Below are positions 15,482-28,449 of a stretch of DNA of 64,000 bases, piece by piece. Every line of letters starts with the position of its first letter. Position 1 is the stretch's first letter. Both the position numbers and the translations under genes were made by a program. The DNA comes from Chrysomallon squamiferum (lineage: Eukaryota; Animalia; Mollusca), in NCBI GenBank assembly GCA_012295275.1, contig CM022673.1, positions 11,780,001 through 11,844,000 of the forward strand, written 5' to 3'. Below the pieces are notes generated by a model. The model was not told the DNA's origin. It ran no database searches and worked only from the letters and a program-made list of their open reading frames with translations.

Positions 15482-16099
15482 CCTCCCTCCCCCTCCCCTC
15501 CCTCCCTCTCTCCCTCTCCCTTTTAAATGGCCATTACTCATAAAGTACCAACTCAGTCTCGGTTAAACCGCTTAAAGTGCACATTGTTTACTTATATGAA
15601 TGAATCACTGATATGGCTGACATATCGCTCAGTCTGTTGAGTTTTACTTACACTTTTATGGAAGCCATGACGTCAGAGACCGACAAGAAAGAAAAAGATA
15701 AATGGCAGCCTCGAGAAAGAATCTCCTGCAGAATTGCTATAATTCTGTCATACTTTATTATTAACAAAGATTGATACACAATAATCAGTTCGAAGCACAG
15801 AAAATAGATCTGGGCAGAGAGTTTGAAAAACTGTATGCTATTTTTACACTTAGGTTTTATAATGTTCGCATGAATCATTTACTGAAATACAGTACGTAAA
15901 ATTATATGTAGGAAAATCAAATAGATTTATATTTATTTTGTGCAAGATCCATTCCATTTCTAACCATTACCTAATTATATCTATTCCAGTCAAAAAGCTA
16001 TTTTAAAAGATATCATCAAAATACTATTTCATCTGTATTTTATATTTAATATTGTACTGTATTTATCGTATATCATTATGTTGAAGTGTACTGTTTTAT

Positions 16100-18200
16100 T
16101 ATGAGTTATATTGTATTTTATATAATATACTGTCTCACTGTTTTATACTGCATTATATTGTTTTGCTGTATGAGACAAGGCTACGTTTATATTGTGTAAA
16201 ATTACGTTTTATTGTATCATGTTGTATCATATTGTTTAATACCGTGTTGCTGAACGTAATGTAGTGTTATGTTCTATTACAGTGTATAGAGTAGTGTTGT
16301 GTTGTATTGTATTATATTTAATAGTGTGGTGCTGTGTTCTATTACATTGTATAATGTACAGTTGTGTTGTATTTTATTACGCTATATAGTGCAGTGGTGT
16401 ATTGTGTTATATTGTATAATGTAGTGATGTGTTGTATTGTATTACACTGTTTAGTGTAGTGCTATGTTATACTGTATTACACTGGATAGTGTAGTGTAGT
16501 GTTGTATTGTATTACACTGGCTAGTGTAGTGCTGTGTTGTATTGTATTACATTGTATAGTGTAGTGTAGTGTTGTATTGTATTACACTATATAGTGTAGT
16601 GTAGTGTTGTACTGTGTTGCACGGAATAGTGTAGTGTTGTGTTATGTTCTATTACATTGTATTATATTGTATAATGTAGTGATGTGTTGTATTGTATTAC
16701 ACTGTTTAGTGTAGTGCTATGTTATACTGTATTACACTGGATAATGTAGTGTTGTGTTGTATTACACTGGCTAGTGTAGTGATGTGTTGGATAGTATTAC
16801 ATTATATAGTATAGTGTTGTGTTATATTGTATTACACTATATAGTGAAGTGTAGTATTGTATTGCTTTACATTGTATAGTGTAGCGATGTGTTATATTGT
16901 ATTACACTATATAGTGAAGTGTAGTGTTGTATTGCTTTACATTGTATAGTGTAGTGATGTGTTGTATTGGATTGTATAATGTACAGTTGTGCAGTATTTT
17001 ATTACGCTATATAGGGCTGTATTGTATTGTATTACATTGTATAGTGTAGTGTAGTGTTATATCGTATTACACTATATATTGTAGTAATGTGTTGTATTGT
17101 ATTACACTGGATAGTGTAGTGTTGTGTTGTATTACGGTGGCTAGTGTAGTGTTGTGTTGTATTGTATTACACTGGATAGTGTAGTGTTGTGTTATATTGT
17201 ATTACACTATATAGTGTAGTGATGTGTTGTATTGTATTACACTGGATAGTGTAGTGTTCTGTTATATTGTATTACACTATATAATGTAGTTTTGTGTTGT
17301 ATTGTATTACGCTGTTTAGTGTAGTGTAGTGTTGTATTGTATTACACTGGATAGTGTAGTGTTGTGTTGTATTACGCTGTAGTGTAGTGTTGTGTTGTAT
17401 TGTACAGTGTAGTGTGTAGTGTATGTTGTTTGTATTATACTGTGTTTGTATTACATTGTATAGTGTAGTGTAGTGTTGTATTGTATTTTACTGGACAGTG
17501 TAGTGTAGTGTGGTATTGTATTACATTGTACAGTGTAGTGATATGTTATATTGTGTTACATTGTATAGTGTAGTGTTGTGTTGTATTGTATTATACTGGA
17601 CAGTGTAGTGTAGTGTGGTATTGTATTACATTGTACAGTGTAGTGATATGTTATATTGTGTTACATTGTATAGTGTAGTGTTGTGTTGTATTGTATTATA
17701 CTGGACAGTGTAGGGTAGTTTTGTATTGCATTACATTATATAGTGTAGTCATATGTTGTATTGCGTTTTATAGTGTAGTCATGTATTGTATTATATTGTA
17801 TAGTGTAGTGATGTGTTACATGTATTACATTATATACTGTAGAGTAGTGTTGCATTGTATTACATTGTCTAGTGTAGTGTTGTATTGTATTACACTGAAT
17901 AGTGTAGTGTTGTGTTATGTTCTATTACATTGTATAGTGTAGCGTTGTGTTGTATTAGTTGTGTTGTATTATATTAGATTGTATAGTGTAACGATGTGTT
18001 ATATTGTATTACACTGTATAGTTTAGTCATGTGTTGTATTGTATTTCATTGTTTTACATTGTATAGTGTAGTGCTGTGTTGTATTTTATTACATTGTAGT
18101 GTTAAATTGTATTACGTTGTATAATTTAGAGTTCTACTGCATTACACTGGATAATGTAGTGCTGTGTTGTATTGTATTACATTGCATAACAGTGATTTGT
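16100..18200. repeat. Minisatellite with a ~35-bp unit built from GTGTA/GTGTT/GTATT pentamers
   Basis: Recurring GTGTAGTGTTGTGTTGTATTGTATTACACTGGATA-like unit over ~2 kb, more degenerate at both edges. Confidence 0.92.
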
Positions 18201-19654
18201 TGAGCTGTATTGTTGTATATCGACGTAGAAAATTATTATATATTGTCCTGGATTTCATTTATTGTATTGCTCCGGTTTACTCTGCGTTATAATTATAGAA
18301 TCTTTAAAAAAAAAAAAAAAAAATATTGTTTTTTATTGTGCTGTATTTTAAGGTTTTGTGCATTTTATGACTTACTGTATTGTGTAGCTATATTTTATTG
18401 TCATTTCTCTGTTTCATTTTTGTCTGTACTGAATAATACCACAGTGTCTTGTCTCTAGCAGTGTGATGTCTGATCTCTGACGACTTAAAGACACTGCAGT
18501 CTATTTTTATCAGATATGTTTCTGCTTGTCTCGTCTGGTTCCATTTAATTTCATGCGGTTTGATTACACTTCTTGCACCAGCCAGAACTTCGGTGTTTTC
18601 TTCATTTACATTCTACACTCGCTTTGTCTCTCATTTTCACAGATTTCTATTGAGTTCAGTCTCTTTTTGCTTTCTTTCCTTTTCTCTTTCAGTCATTCAT
18701 GTTTTTTTTTTTATCTTTCATTCATTCATTAATTTGTTGGTTCGTTTATTCATTTGTTTGCTCGTGGATTTATCCACCGTTGATGCTTTGATTCATGTTT
18801 TTATCTGCTTTTAACTTATTAATTATTTCGTTCTTTCGTTCGTTCTTTCATGCACATATCCAATATTAATTTATTCGTTCATTCGTATTATGAAAGAAAT
18901 ATACAAAGGAATTATTATTAGCTAAAATTATTATTATCAGTGTGCACTTAGCATAAACTAGGCAATGTGTATGTATATTTGTATGTATGTATATTTGTAT
19001 GTATGTAGGTATGTATGTTTGTGTGTATGTGTTTGTGTGTGCATGTATGTATGTGTGTATTTATGTATGTATGTTTGTGTGTATGTGTGTGTGTGTGCAT
19101 GTATGTATGTATTTATGTATGTATGTGTATGTGTATATATGTATGTGTATATATATATATGTATGTACATACGTATATCTGTGTGTATGTATGTATGTAT
19201 GTATTTTACGGTAGTCATCTCTCTTTGCTTGTATTTCTTTATCTAGTCTGTCTGACTGATTATTTCGTTAAGCTCACCTGGAACTGCTGATATGAGATTT
19301 GAATTTCGCTGAAAGAAATGTTTTTCCCTTAAGATAAATGATAATTTTTTTTTTTTTAAATGGTAATTTTAAACAATATAATCTATTCTTGTTATGTCTT
19401 AAAGCAGACAAAATAATTTCAGTGATTACAAAGAACGAATGTAATAGTACCAGAACATTTTCTTAGATTATCGTTTTTAATATATATATATATAAAGTAA
19501 AAGAAGAAAACCCTCTTAGGAAAAGTCAATGAGAGTCTGTACGATATAAAGTAATAAATGAATAGATTTAATAGTATTTTATAATTTTCATTTTTATTAC
19601 AAATCTCTCTATCTCTCTCTCTCTCTCTCTCTCTCAAACTACTATAATACACTT

Positions 19655-20102
19655 ACAATAATATAACATGTATATATATATGTTTTTGTGTCTCATATTA
19701 CTATATTAATTTATTTACAATAATAAAACATGTATATATATATATATATATATTTGTGTCTCATATTACTATATTAATTTATTTACAATAATAAAACATG
19801 TATGAATATATATGTGTACGTACGTACATATGCATGTTTATACTACTATTTATTTTCAATAATAAAACAATTATATATGTGTACGTTGGTACTCAATGTG
19901 TGTCAATACTAATTTATTTTCAATAATAAAACATGTATGAATATATATGTGTACGTAGGTACATACGCATGTGTGTGTGTCATACTACTATATTAATTTA
20001 TTTTCAATAATAAAACAATGTATGAATATATATGTGTACGTAGGTACATACGCATGTGTGTGTGTCATACTACTATATTAATTTATTTTCAATAACAAAA
20101 CG
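19655..20102. repeat. Tandem repeat with a ~65-85 bp unit and variable internal (TA)/(TG) tract
   Basis: CAATAATAAAACATGTAT...CATA(T/C)TACTATATTAATTTATTT recurs about 6 times. Confidence 0.85.
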
Positions 20103-20289
20103 TGTCCCGTTCCTCGATCCGTGATCGTCAATTTATACAAATACGTAGGACACTTTTCTTTTTTTCATTTTAATTACACGACTTTTTAACTTTTACATCA
20201 TTTGATTCCGTCATCCATTGTGTCATAGGTTGAATACACTAATACGTTTTACAGCCAGTTCCCACCGATTTACAAAACTAGTCAGATGT

Positions 20290-20830
20290 TCTTAATAAAG
20301 CACTTGTACGTCAATTGACGTTTTTGTTGCTATGGAAACGCGTCTTGGCAACCTACGTCATAGACAATTCGTCAGGTCTATCGGTTGGTGGCGCTGGTCT
20401 CTTGCCTTTTGCGAGATTGTAAAAATATTTACTCAAATTAAATTAATAATGTGGCTGTTTTCGATGATTTTGTATCTCGTACAAACGTTTCCTTATTATG
20501 CAGTAAATTCGACTTTTTTCTTCTTCTTCTTCTTCTTTTTTTTTTTTTCAACAGACGTTGTTCTCAAATGCATTAACAACTCCAGAGTTGTATTTATATC
20601 AAGCTATGCTAGTATTAGCCGAACTGCTGTATCTATTTCGATTCGTTCGCCTTCTATCGTTTCTCGACTGTGATAACATGCTGGCTATTTTTGCCGTCGC
20701 TTCATCGACCTACGATAGGCAAGGTGCAAGAATAGAAAGCAGTGCGCTATTTTTAAGTGCTCGTTTCGCTCGCGTTATCATCATTTCGTATAATGAATAG
20801 TAAGAGGTTGCGTCGATCGTACGTAATATT
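20290..20830. promoter_or_regulatory. Regulatory island with inverted half-CRE palindrome, RFX X-box and MEF2 box
   Basis: ACGTCAATTGACGT 20308-20321; GTTGCTATGGAAAC 20326-20339; CTATTTTTAA 20747-20756; high CpG. Confidence 0.5.
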
Positions 20831-21027
20831 AATGTGACAATAAAAGCGATTTTATTTATTTATTTATTTATTTACTGACTTGGCGCTTGCGTTGTGTGTG
20901 AGTGTTATTAATGTGACAGTATAGGTTGTTTTTATTTATGTATTTATTGTTATTTGTTTCATTGTTTGTTTGTTTGTTTGTTTGTTTTTTTATTTATATT
21001 TTGGAAAATAAATTCTGTTCATTTCTG

Positions 21028-21100
<73 letters not shown>

Positions 21101-21605
21101 GTCTGTCTGTCTGTCTGTCTATCTGCTTGTTTGTCTATCTATTTATCCGTCTATCTATCTATCTATGTGTCTATCTGCTTGTTTGTCTATATATCTGTAT
21201 GTCTGTTTATCTATCTATCTATATCTATCTATCTATCTATCAGTTTATCAATTTGTCTTTCTTTCTATCCATTTATCTATAGGTCTTTTTATCTTATTAT
21301 TACATTGATACATCAGTCCGTTTTGTTTGTCTGTTCCTGTTCTGTCAGTTGCTTTTTATTTATTCTGTAGAATCTCTCCTCCTCTTCTTGCTGTTAATGA
21401 TAAAAATAATTTAATTGTTCCATTACATACCCTCTGTGAAATTTTTTTTTGTTGAATAATACATACTGTATTTGTATTTGTCGTTCGAACTGCATATACG
21501 ATAGCTTGTAATGGACATAAAAATCGACAGTAGATCTTATTTCACAGTGTATACCCAGTTTTTTAACAATACTTCTTCTGATAGTTATTTATAAAAAAGA
21601 CAAAG

Positions 21606-21636
<31 letters not shown>

Positions 21637-22004
21637 CATACATACATACATACACACAATCATCCATCTCTAAAACAATTTTTAAAAAACCGATTATATA
21701 AATTTGAATAAATCTGAATCAAACATAATATGAATAAAATGAATAAATAAATGAATTACTCTAATGAAAAATGAATAAATCAACGGATGAATGAATAAAT
21801 CATTCAAATGATAAATCAGTAAATGAATCAGTGAATAACTCAAAGGATGAACAGACGAACGTATGAATTTATCAATTACTCAGAAGATAAATGAATTACT
21901 CTGACATACAATGAATGAACAAAGCAGTTATTTAAATTATGAATCAGTTACTAAATAAATGAAACGAATCACTCAAATAAGCAATCAGTAAACGAGAACA
22001 TAAC

Positions 22005-22038
<34 letters not shown>

Positions 22039-22963
22039 ATAAAATCGATAAACAAACGGATAGACCTGTGTACAAAAAATATAAACAACAACAAAAACAA
22101 ATACAACGTAGATGCAAAGACGTTAACTCTGTCAGGGAGTTAATTAGAAAAAACACCGTTTCTCTTCTTTATCTTAATTAATTTACACCGTCGTGAAATT
22201 ATTGAATTATTGGAGTTTCATCCATTAAGTTTATCTCATTGCGTCAGTCGATGGTTTACGCATTTCCATGCTTACAGAAATAAAAAAAAAAAAAAAAAAC
22301 CACAGACAATATTAATCTATAAAATAACATAAGAAAGAGGAAAGATATTGAAGTTAAAATATGCTTGCGCTAGTAACGTCATGAATGGAGATGTTGACAA
22401 AACAAATTCGTGTGCTCCTGCGTTGGTCTTTGCCGTCCAAACGTCACTGTCCATGTATTTCACGAACAAAAGATCACCTACATGAACGAATCAATATAAA
22501 CCTCGCCACGTCACTAAGTCATCATAAAAGAGACATAGGAGGATGTTGTTGTTGCTGTTGTTGTCCTAGTTGTCGCCCACGTAACCGTGTGTAACTAATT
22601 TGGTCACCGGTTTGGTATTTACTTTTTAATAGTTTACGTAAATGTGTCTGTGAGTCGTCTGTTTGGCTGTGTTTTTTGTCTGTGCGTTAGAGTTGTTTAT
22701 CTACAGGGGTATTTTAAAACAATAACTGCCTTTGGTGTCGTTTACTGTTCTTGTTTTTATTTTTATTTCTTGTCTGTCTGTTTGTCAGTCTGTCTGTCAT
22801 CACATGTAGGTCATTTTTCTAATATCATTAACTCCTTTGTCTTAACTCTTCCTTTTATAACGCAGCTATATCTCAGATCTTTATATTATAATACATAACA
22901 AATAACAATAATAGGAATGCCATTAACAATATCAAAAATAATAGAAATAATAACAATAATATT

Positions 22964-22999
<36 letters not shown>

Positions 23000-23072
23000 A
23001 ATAACAACAACAATAATAACAATAATAATAATAACAATAACAAAAATAAAAATAAAAATAAAAAAAAAAAAA

Positions 23073-23133
<61 letters not shown>

Positions 23134-23944
23134 TAGTATTAAAATAAATCATATAAATTTTAAAACTATTTCTACCTTGACTACGAACAGACATTTATTA
23201 CTTTTGTTTTTAAAAGTTTATTCTGTTGTTTTTTTTGTTTTTTTCAAGATTTAGTTTTGTTTTTTCTGTATTTTTATTATTGTTTTTGTTTTTATTTACA
23301 CAATATGTTATATTTTATTTATAACATCTGTTAATATTTTATTTTATTTTATTTATATATTATTTTAAATTTAATTTAGTTTTAATTGTAGTCACATTCC
23401 GTCATTTATTTTAATTCATTTTATTTTTATTTATACAATTTTATTTTGCTTTGTTTAAATTAATATTAATTTATTCCACATTATTGTATTTTAGTTCACT
23501 TTTTAGATCGTTATAAATTAATCCAAATTATTAAAATAATATAACAACATGTCAAAAACACAATACAGATATTTTTCACCATATTCAATTATATGTGGAC
23601 GAGAACTTGAAATCAACAATGATGAATTTTATTTCAAAGATTTTGTTTTGGATTTTTGTGACAGTGGATTAATTTGAAATTAGAATATAATTATAAGAGA
23701 ACACAATTTAACTGTGAAAGCCCAAAATAATATTTTCACAGATTAGAAGACCAATCATGTGAACACCAATCTAGTGAGGTCAGATTGTGACGTTTAAAGT
23801 GTAAGTTTAACAACAAGAATAACAACAATAATATTGATAATAATGATGATGATATGACGATGACTATGATGATTATGGTAATAATAATGAATGGAAGTGT
23901 ATGTATCTTGATATATATTAAAAACATTATTTTGGTTTTCATAT

Positions 23945-24010
<66 letters not shown>

Positions 24011-24109
24011 GTAATAATAATGTTATTATTATTATATTTTATCATTACAATTTTATTTTTACATTATTTTACATTATTAGAAATAATGGTGCTTGTAGTA
24101 GGACCAATA

Positions 24110-24160
<51 letters not shown>

Positions 24161-24201
24161 TTATATCTATCTATCTATCTATCTATCTGTCTGTCTATCT
24201 G

Positions 24202-24232
<31 letters not shown>

Positions 24233-24525
24233 CTGTCTCTTGTCTTTCTAATATTCAGTTCATTTTATTTCGATTAATTTGATTTGATTTTAATTTTATC
24301 TTTTTCACCATTTATATTGTTCCTAACTGAAGAAATAGTTTTTAGATGAAAGAATGAATGAATAATAATAATATTAATTATTATTTTTATTATGGTTATT
24401 ATAATTGTTGTATTTTTCATTAGTAATTGTGTTTTATATGTTATTAGTATTGTTTTTATAAGTGCTGTAAGTGATGTTGTTGCTACTAATATTACTGTTG
24501 TTTTTTTTTTGTTGTATATTGTTTT

Positions 24526-24583
<58 letters not shown>

Positions 24584-25253
24584 GCAACTATTACTACTAC
24601 TACTACTACTATTATTATTATTATTATTTTTATGATTTGCAAAGATTAAAAATGTACGTCATTATAAACAAATCCGAGAATAACAATTTTTAACAACATA
24701 AACAATAAATAACACAGTTAAAAATTAACTATAATTAAAACATTACAAGAGAGCAATAAATAAAATCCTAATTTTAAAAAAAAAAAATAATATTTTGTAT
24801 TACTTTTAAAAATAAATTATTAATTTTTTAACATGTGTTACTAACATTTTGTAATTAAACTGTTCAAATAGAATATTATGTATGTATGTATGTGATTCAT
24901 GTATTCATTATTTAAATATAAGAAAGATAGAAAGTAACATAGAAATCTTAAATAAATAAAAGATATTTTGAAATAATCAACAAAATATTATCTCGTATAT
25001 TAATAAAACTACATTTGTTTTGTATTTCAATTCACAAAAAAAAAAAAATGTTTTGTGCAAATCTGTTCTTCGTCTAATATAGCTATTATTTATCTATTTC
25101 AGTTAAAATTAAAAATGATATTAAATAATTAATTAATATAGATAATGATCAAAATAGTAGTAGTAATAGTAAAGTATTAATAATAATAATAATGATGATG
25201 AAGATGATAATAATTTTTAATAATATAATTTTAACAATAACAACAATAATAAC

Positions 25254-25292
<39 letters not shown>

Positions 25293-26078
25293 CTTTTTAA
25301 TAATAACAACAACAACAACATCAACAACAATACTAACAACAACAACAATAATAAAATAATAATAATAACAATAATAATAAGCATAAAAATAGTAATAATA
25401 ACCTTTTTAATAATAACAACAGCAACAACAATATCAACAACAATACTAACAACAACAATAATAATGAAATAATAATAATAATAACAATAATAATAATCAT
25501 AATCACTATTAATAATAACTTTTAATGATTATCATGATAACAGAATAAATAGAAGTTTTGTACGTTTTCCATTCCAGGATATGCATAGTAACGATTATAT
25601 ATTCATTTATTATTTTCGTTTTTTATTATTTTATTATTTTTCTTGGTATTCTTTGTATGTCATTTGTCTTTGCTTATATATTTACATTTCATTGCAAGTA
25701 TATTTTTTCTGTTTCCTTTAAAAAGTTTTCTCTTGTGTTTTATTTATTTCTTACATTGTCTTTTTTGTTGTTTCTTTCTTCATAACATTAAATTCGAAAC
25801 AGCTTCCTTTTTTATGAAGAATATAATTTGCAGGTTGCAAGATAAACAAATCTAATTTTATAAACAGTGTATAGAAAAACTGTTTGTTTTACAAGTATCG
25901 GAAAATAGTATTTGTTCTAAAATAAAATACCTATAAATAAATAAACAGATAAATAAATTCAGAAATAAAAAATATCGATAGAAAATAATAATAATAATAA
26001 TAATAAGATGATGATAGTAATAATAAAAACGTAATAATAATATTTATAATAATAATGAAAATAAACTTCTAACAGCAA

Positions 26079-26125
<47 letters not shown>

Positions 26126-27728
26126 GTATTAGTAGTAGTAGTAGTAGTAGTGGCAATGATAATACTACTAGTAGTAATAGTAACATTAGTATCTGTATTA
26201 GCTGTAACAAGCATGAGTGATAGCATTTGTAGCAACAGCAATATAAAAGCAACATTATTATAATGATTATATTAAAAGAGACAAATAATATATTTAACTG
26301 AAAATTTATGATGCACTATCTAGTAAATTAAAAAACAACAAAACAACAACAACAACAACAACAACAACAAAGACAATAACGAAAAACAACCAAACCCAAT
26401 ATTAAACAAATTTTTGAAAATTCTTTTTCATTCGTGTCGTGAAAATATTATATGTTAGAGAGAAACTTGTAATTGGTAATTTTTAGTTTTTATTGTTTAA
26501 CTTTGAGGTTAAAATAAACGTCTGCATTTATAGTAATGAAATATAAAATACTTAATTTAATATGTATCAAAAACTCACATTAATAATACTTATGGTGTGA
26601 ACTTTTTAATTGTCAGAATACGTTTTCATAGTTTTTTTTATTTTTTTTTTATTTAGCTACGTATTTTATTTATTTATTTATATATTTGTTTAACTATTTA
26701 TATTTTGTTCTGTATTATAATTTTTGAGTTAGTTTTCTTAACAAATCTTTAAAATTATTTTATCTGTCTGATATTCGTTGTTCTTTTGTTTCTTTTTTTT
26801 TTTTTGTTTTTATGTTTGTTCATTTGTTTGTTGATTTAGATGAATGTATTTCTTTGTGTATGTATTTAAAGTTATTTGTTTCTTATGTAAATTAACACGT
26901 TTACTGTTTTTTGTTTGACTGTTTGTCTGATTAAACTTGCTTTCTCTTATTTATTTCGGTGGTCTCTTTATCATTAATAAACAAAAAAATCTTCTCATGC
27001 GGTTAGTTACATAGCAATAACAAACAACATTTTTTGTACACACAAAATTATAAAAACAAAAATCGACAAACAAAAACTGTATTTTTCAAAAATATTTATT
27101 TTAATATTTCTTTTCAACATGCATTTGATATTATTGAAATAGTTTTCGTAGTTTATTTAATGAAGAAAACATAATCACAATGAAACAATACAATAAGAAA
27201 AAAGATTAAAAGAAAAAAAAAAAAGAAAGAAAAACGAAAACCAAAAATAGGATAAAAGTAAAAATAACAAAATAACAACATGAAAATAAATAAAATAGCA
27301 ACCATGGGTGGAACAAAACCATATTTAATAATAATGATATACATGCTTTTAGCTGTTTCTGATTTGATAAACAGATTGGAAAAAGAATAATAAAACTAAA
27401 AAAAAACAACGAAAGAATGAACAATCTACGACAAAGAATCAGTGAAAGCTTTGCAATTCCAGAAACGAATAAAACATTAATTAATTATTTAAAATGTGCT
27501 AATTACCTTGCATTCCAACTGGAAAATATCACAGAAGACATCATAAGTTTGAAAATCTGTGTTAAATATTGTTATAAAGGATTTGAAACGTCAGTTTTGC
27601 AATAAGCATTGATTTGAACAATTGTTTACTGAAACTCCACTGATTTAAAATCCTGTTTTCTCTCTTAATTTTCAGTTTTTAAGGTTTATGTTTTCTTCAG
27701 ACATCATGGATTTGAAAAACAAAAGGTT

Positions 27729-28000
27729 CTACAATCATCATATATATTAAATATTCGCTTTCTTTTCTTATTTTACAACCATCATAGATATTAAATGTTC
27801 CGTTTTTTATTTTACAACCATCATAGATATTAAATGTTCCGTTTTTTATTTTACAACCATCATATATATTAAATGTTCCGTTTTTTATTTTATAACCATC
27901 ATATATATTAAATGTTCCGTTTTTTATTTTACAACCATCATATATATTAAATGTTCCGTTTCTTATTTTATAACCATCATATATATTAAATGTTCCATTT
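27729..28000. repeat. 39-bp minisatellite (~7 copies) downstream of the minus-strand 76-aa ORF
   Basis: ACAACC starts at 27775, 27814 and 27853 (period 39); unit TTACAACCATCATATATATTAAATGTTCCGTTTTTTATT. Confidence 0.93.
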
Positions 28001-28218
28001 CCTTTTTAGCTTCATTATTATCTGAAATGTTGTTCAAGCAGCCACCAAGGATTTCAAGCCTTTGTTTTTTTTTTTTTCTGCAGATGTCACAGATTTGGAA
28101 CGTTGTGGGTTTTAAAATTAAAATAATAAATAATAAAAAAAATCTTCATCATGTGAAGCGTTTTTCATGAAACCATCACGAATTTCAAGAATTGCATTTT
28201 CCACGTCCATCTTCGATT

Positions 28219-28449
28219 CTAAAGGTTGTCTTCAGGAATTCTCGTCTTCCGTCTTGTGCAGTTATCTTCGATTTGGTAAGATGTTGTTGTTGTAGGTGTT
28301 GCTAAGTTCTCTGTCCCAAGTGGTCGCTGTCTCACGCACATCAGCCTGCTGTTATGAATGTGCATGCGACCGCGCCATCTGGGCGACAGAGAAAGTCTCT
28401 GATTTCTCTTCCACGCGTGATACATTGGAGTCATCATGGCAGTCATCAT
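28219..28449 (-). CDS. Putative 76-aa basic small protein, family not recognised
   Basis: ATG-initiated, non-repetitive, GC-elevated ORF (MMTAMMTPMYHAWKRNQRLSLSPRWRGRMHIHNSRLMCVRQRP...). GCCATG start context. Lies downstream of predicted exons from the 37.2 kb promoter. Confidence 0.45.
   Translation of the reverse strand: MMTAMMTPMYHAWKRNQRLSLSPRWRGRMHIHNSRLMCVRQRPLGTENLATPTTTTSYQIEDNCTRRKTRIPEDNL

Noticed and set aside
27660-28100. Plus-strand acceptor-like motifs (TTTTCAG, TTCTTCAG, TTTTCTGCAG)
   Set aside because: No following exon-like open frame or donor; T-rich tracts are expected opposite an A-rich minus-strand 3' region
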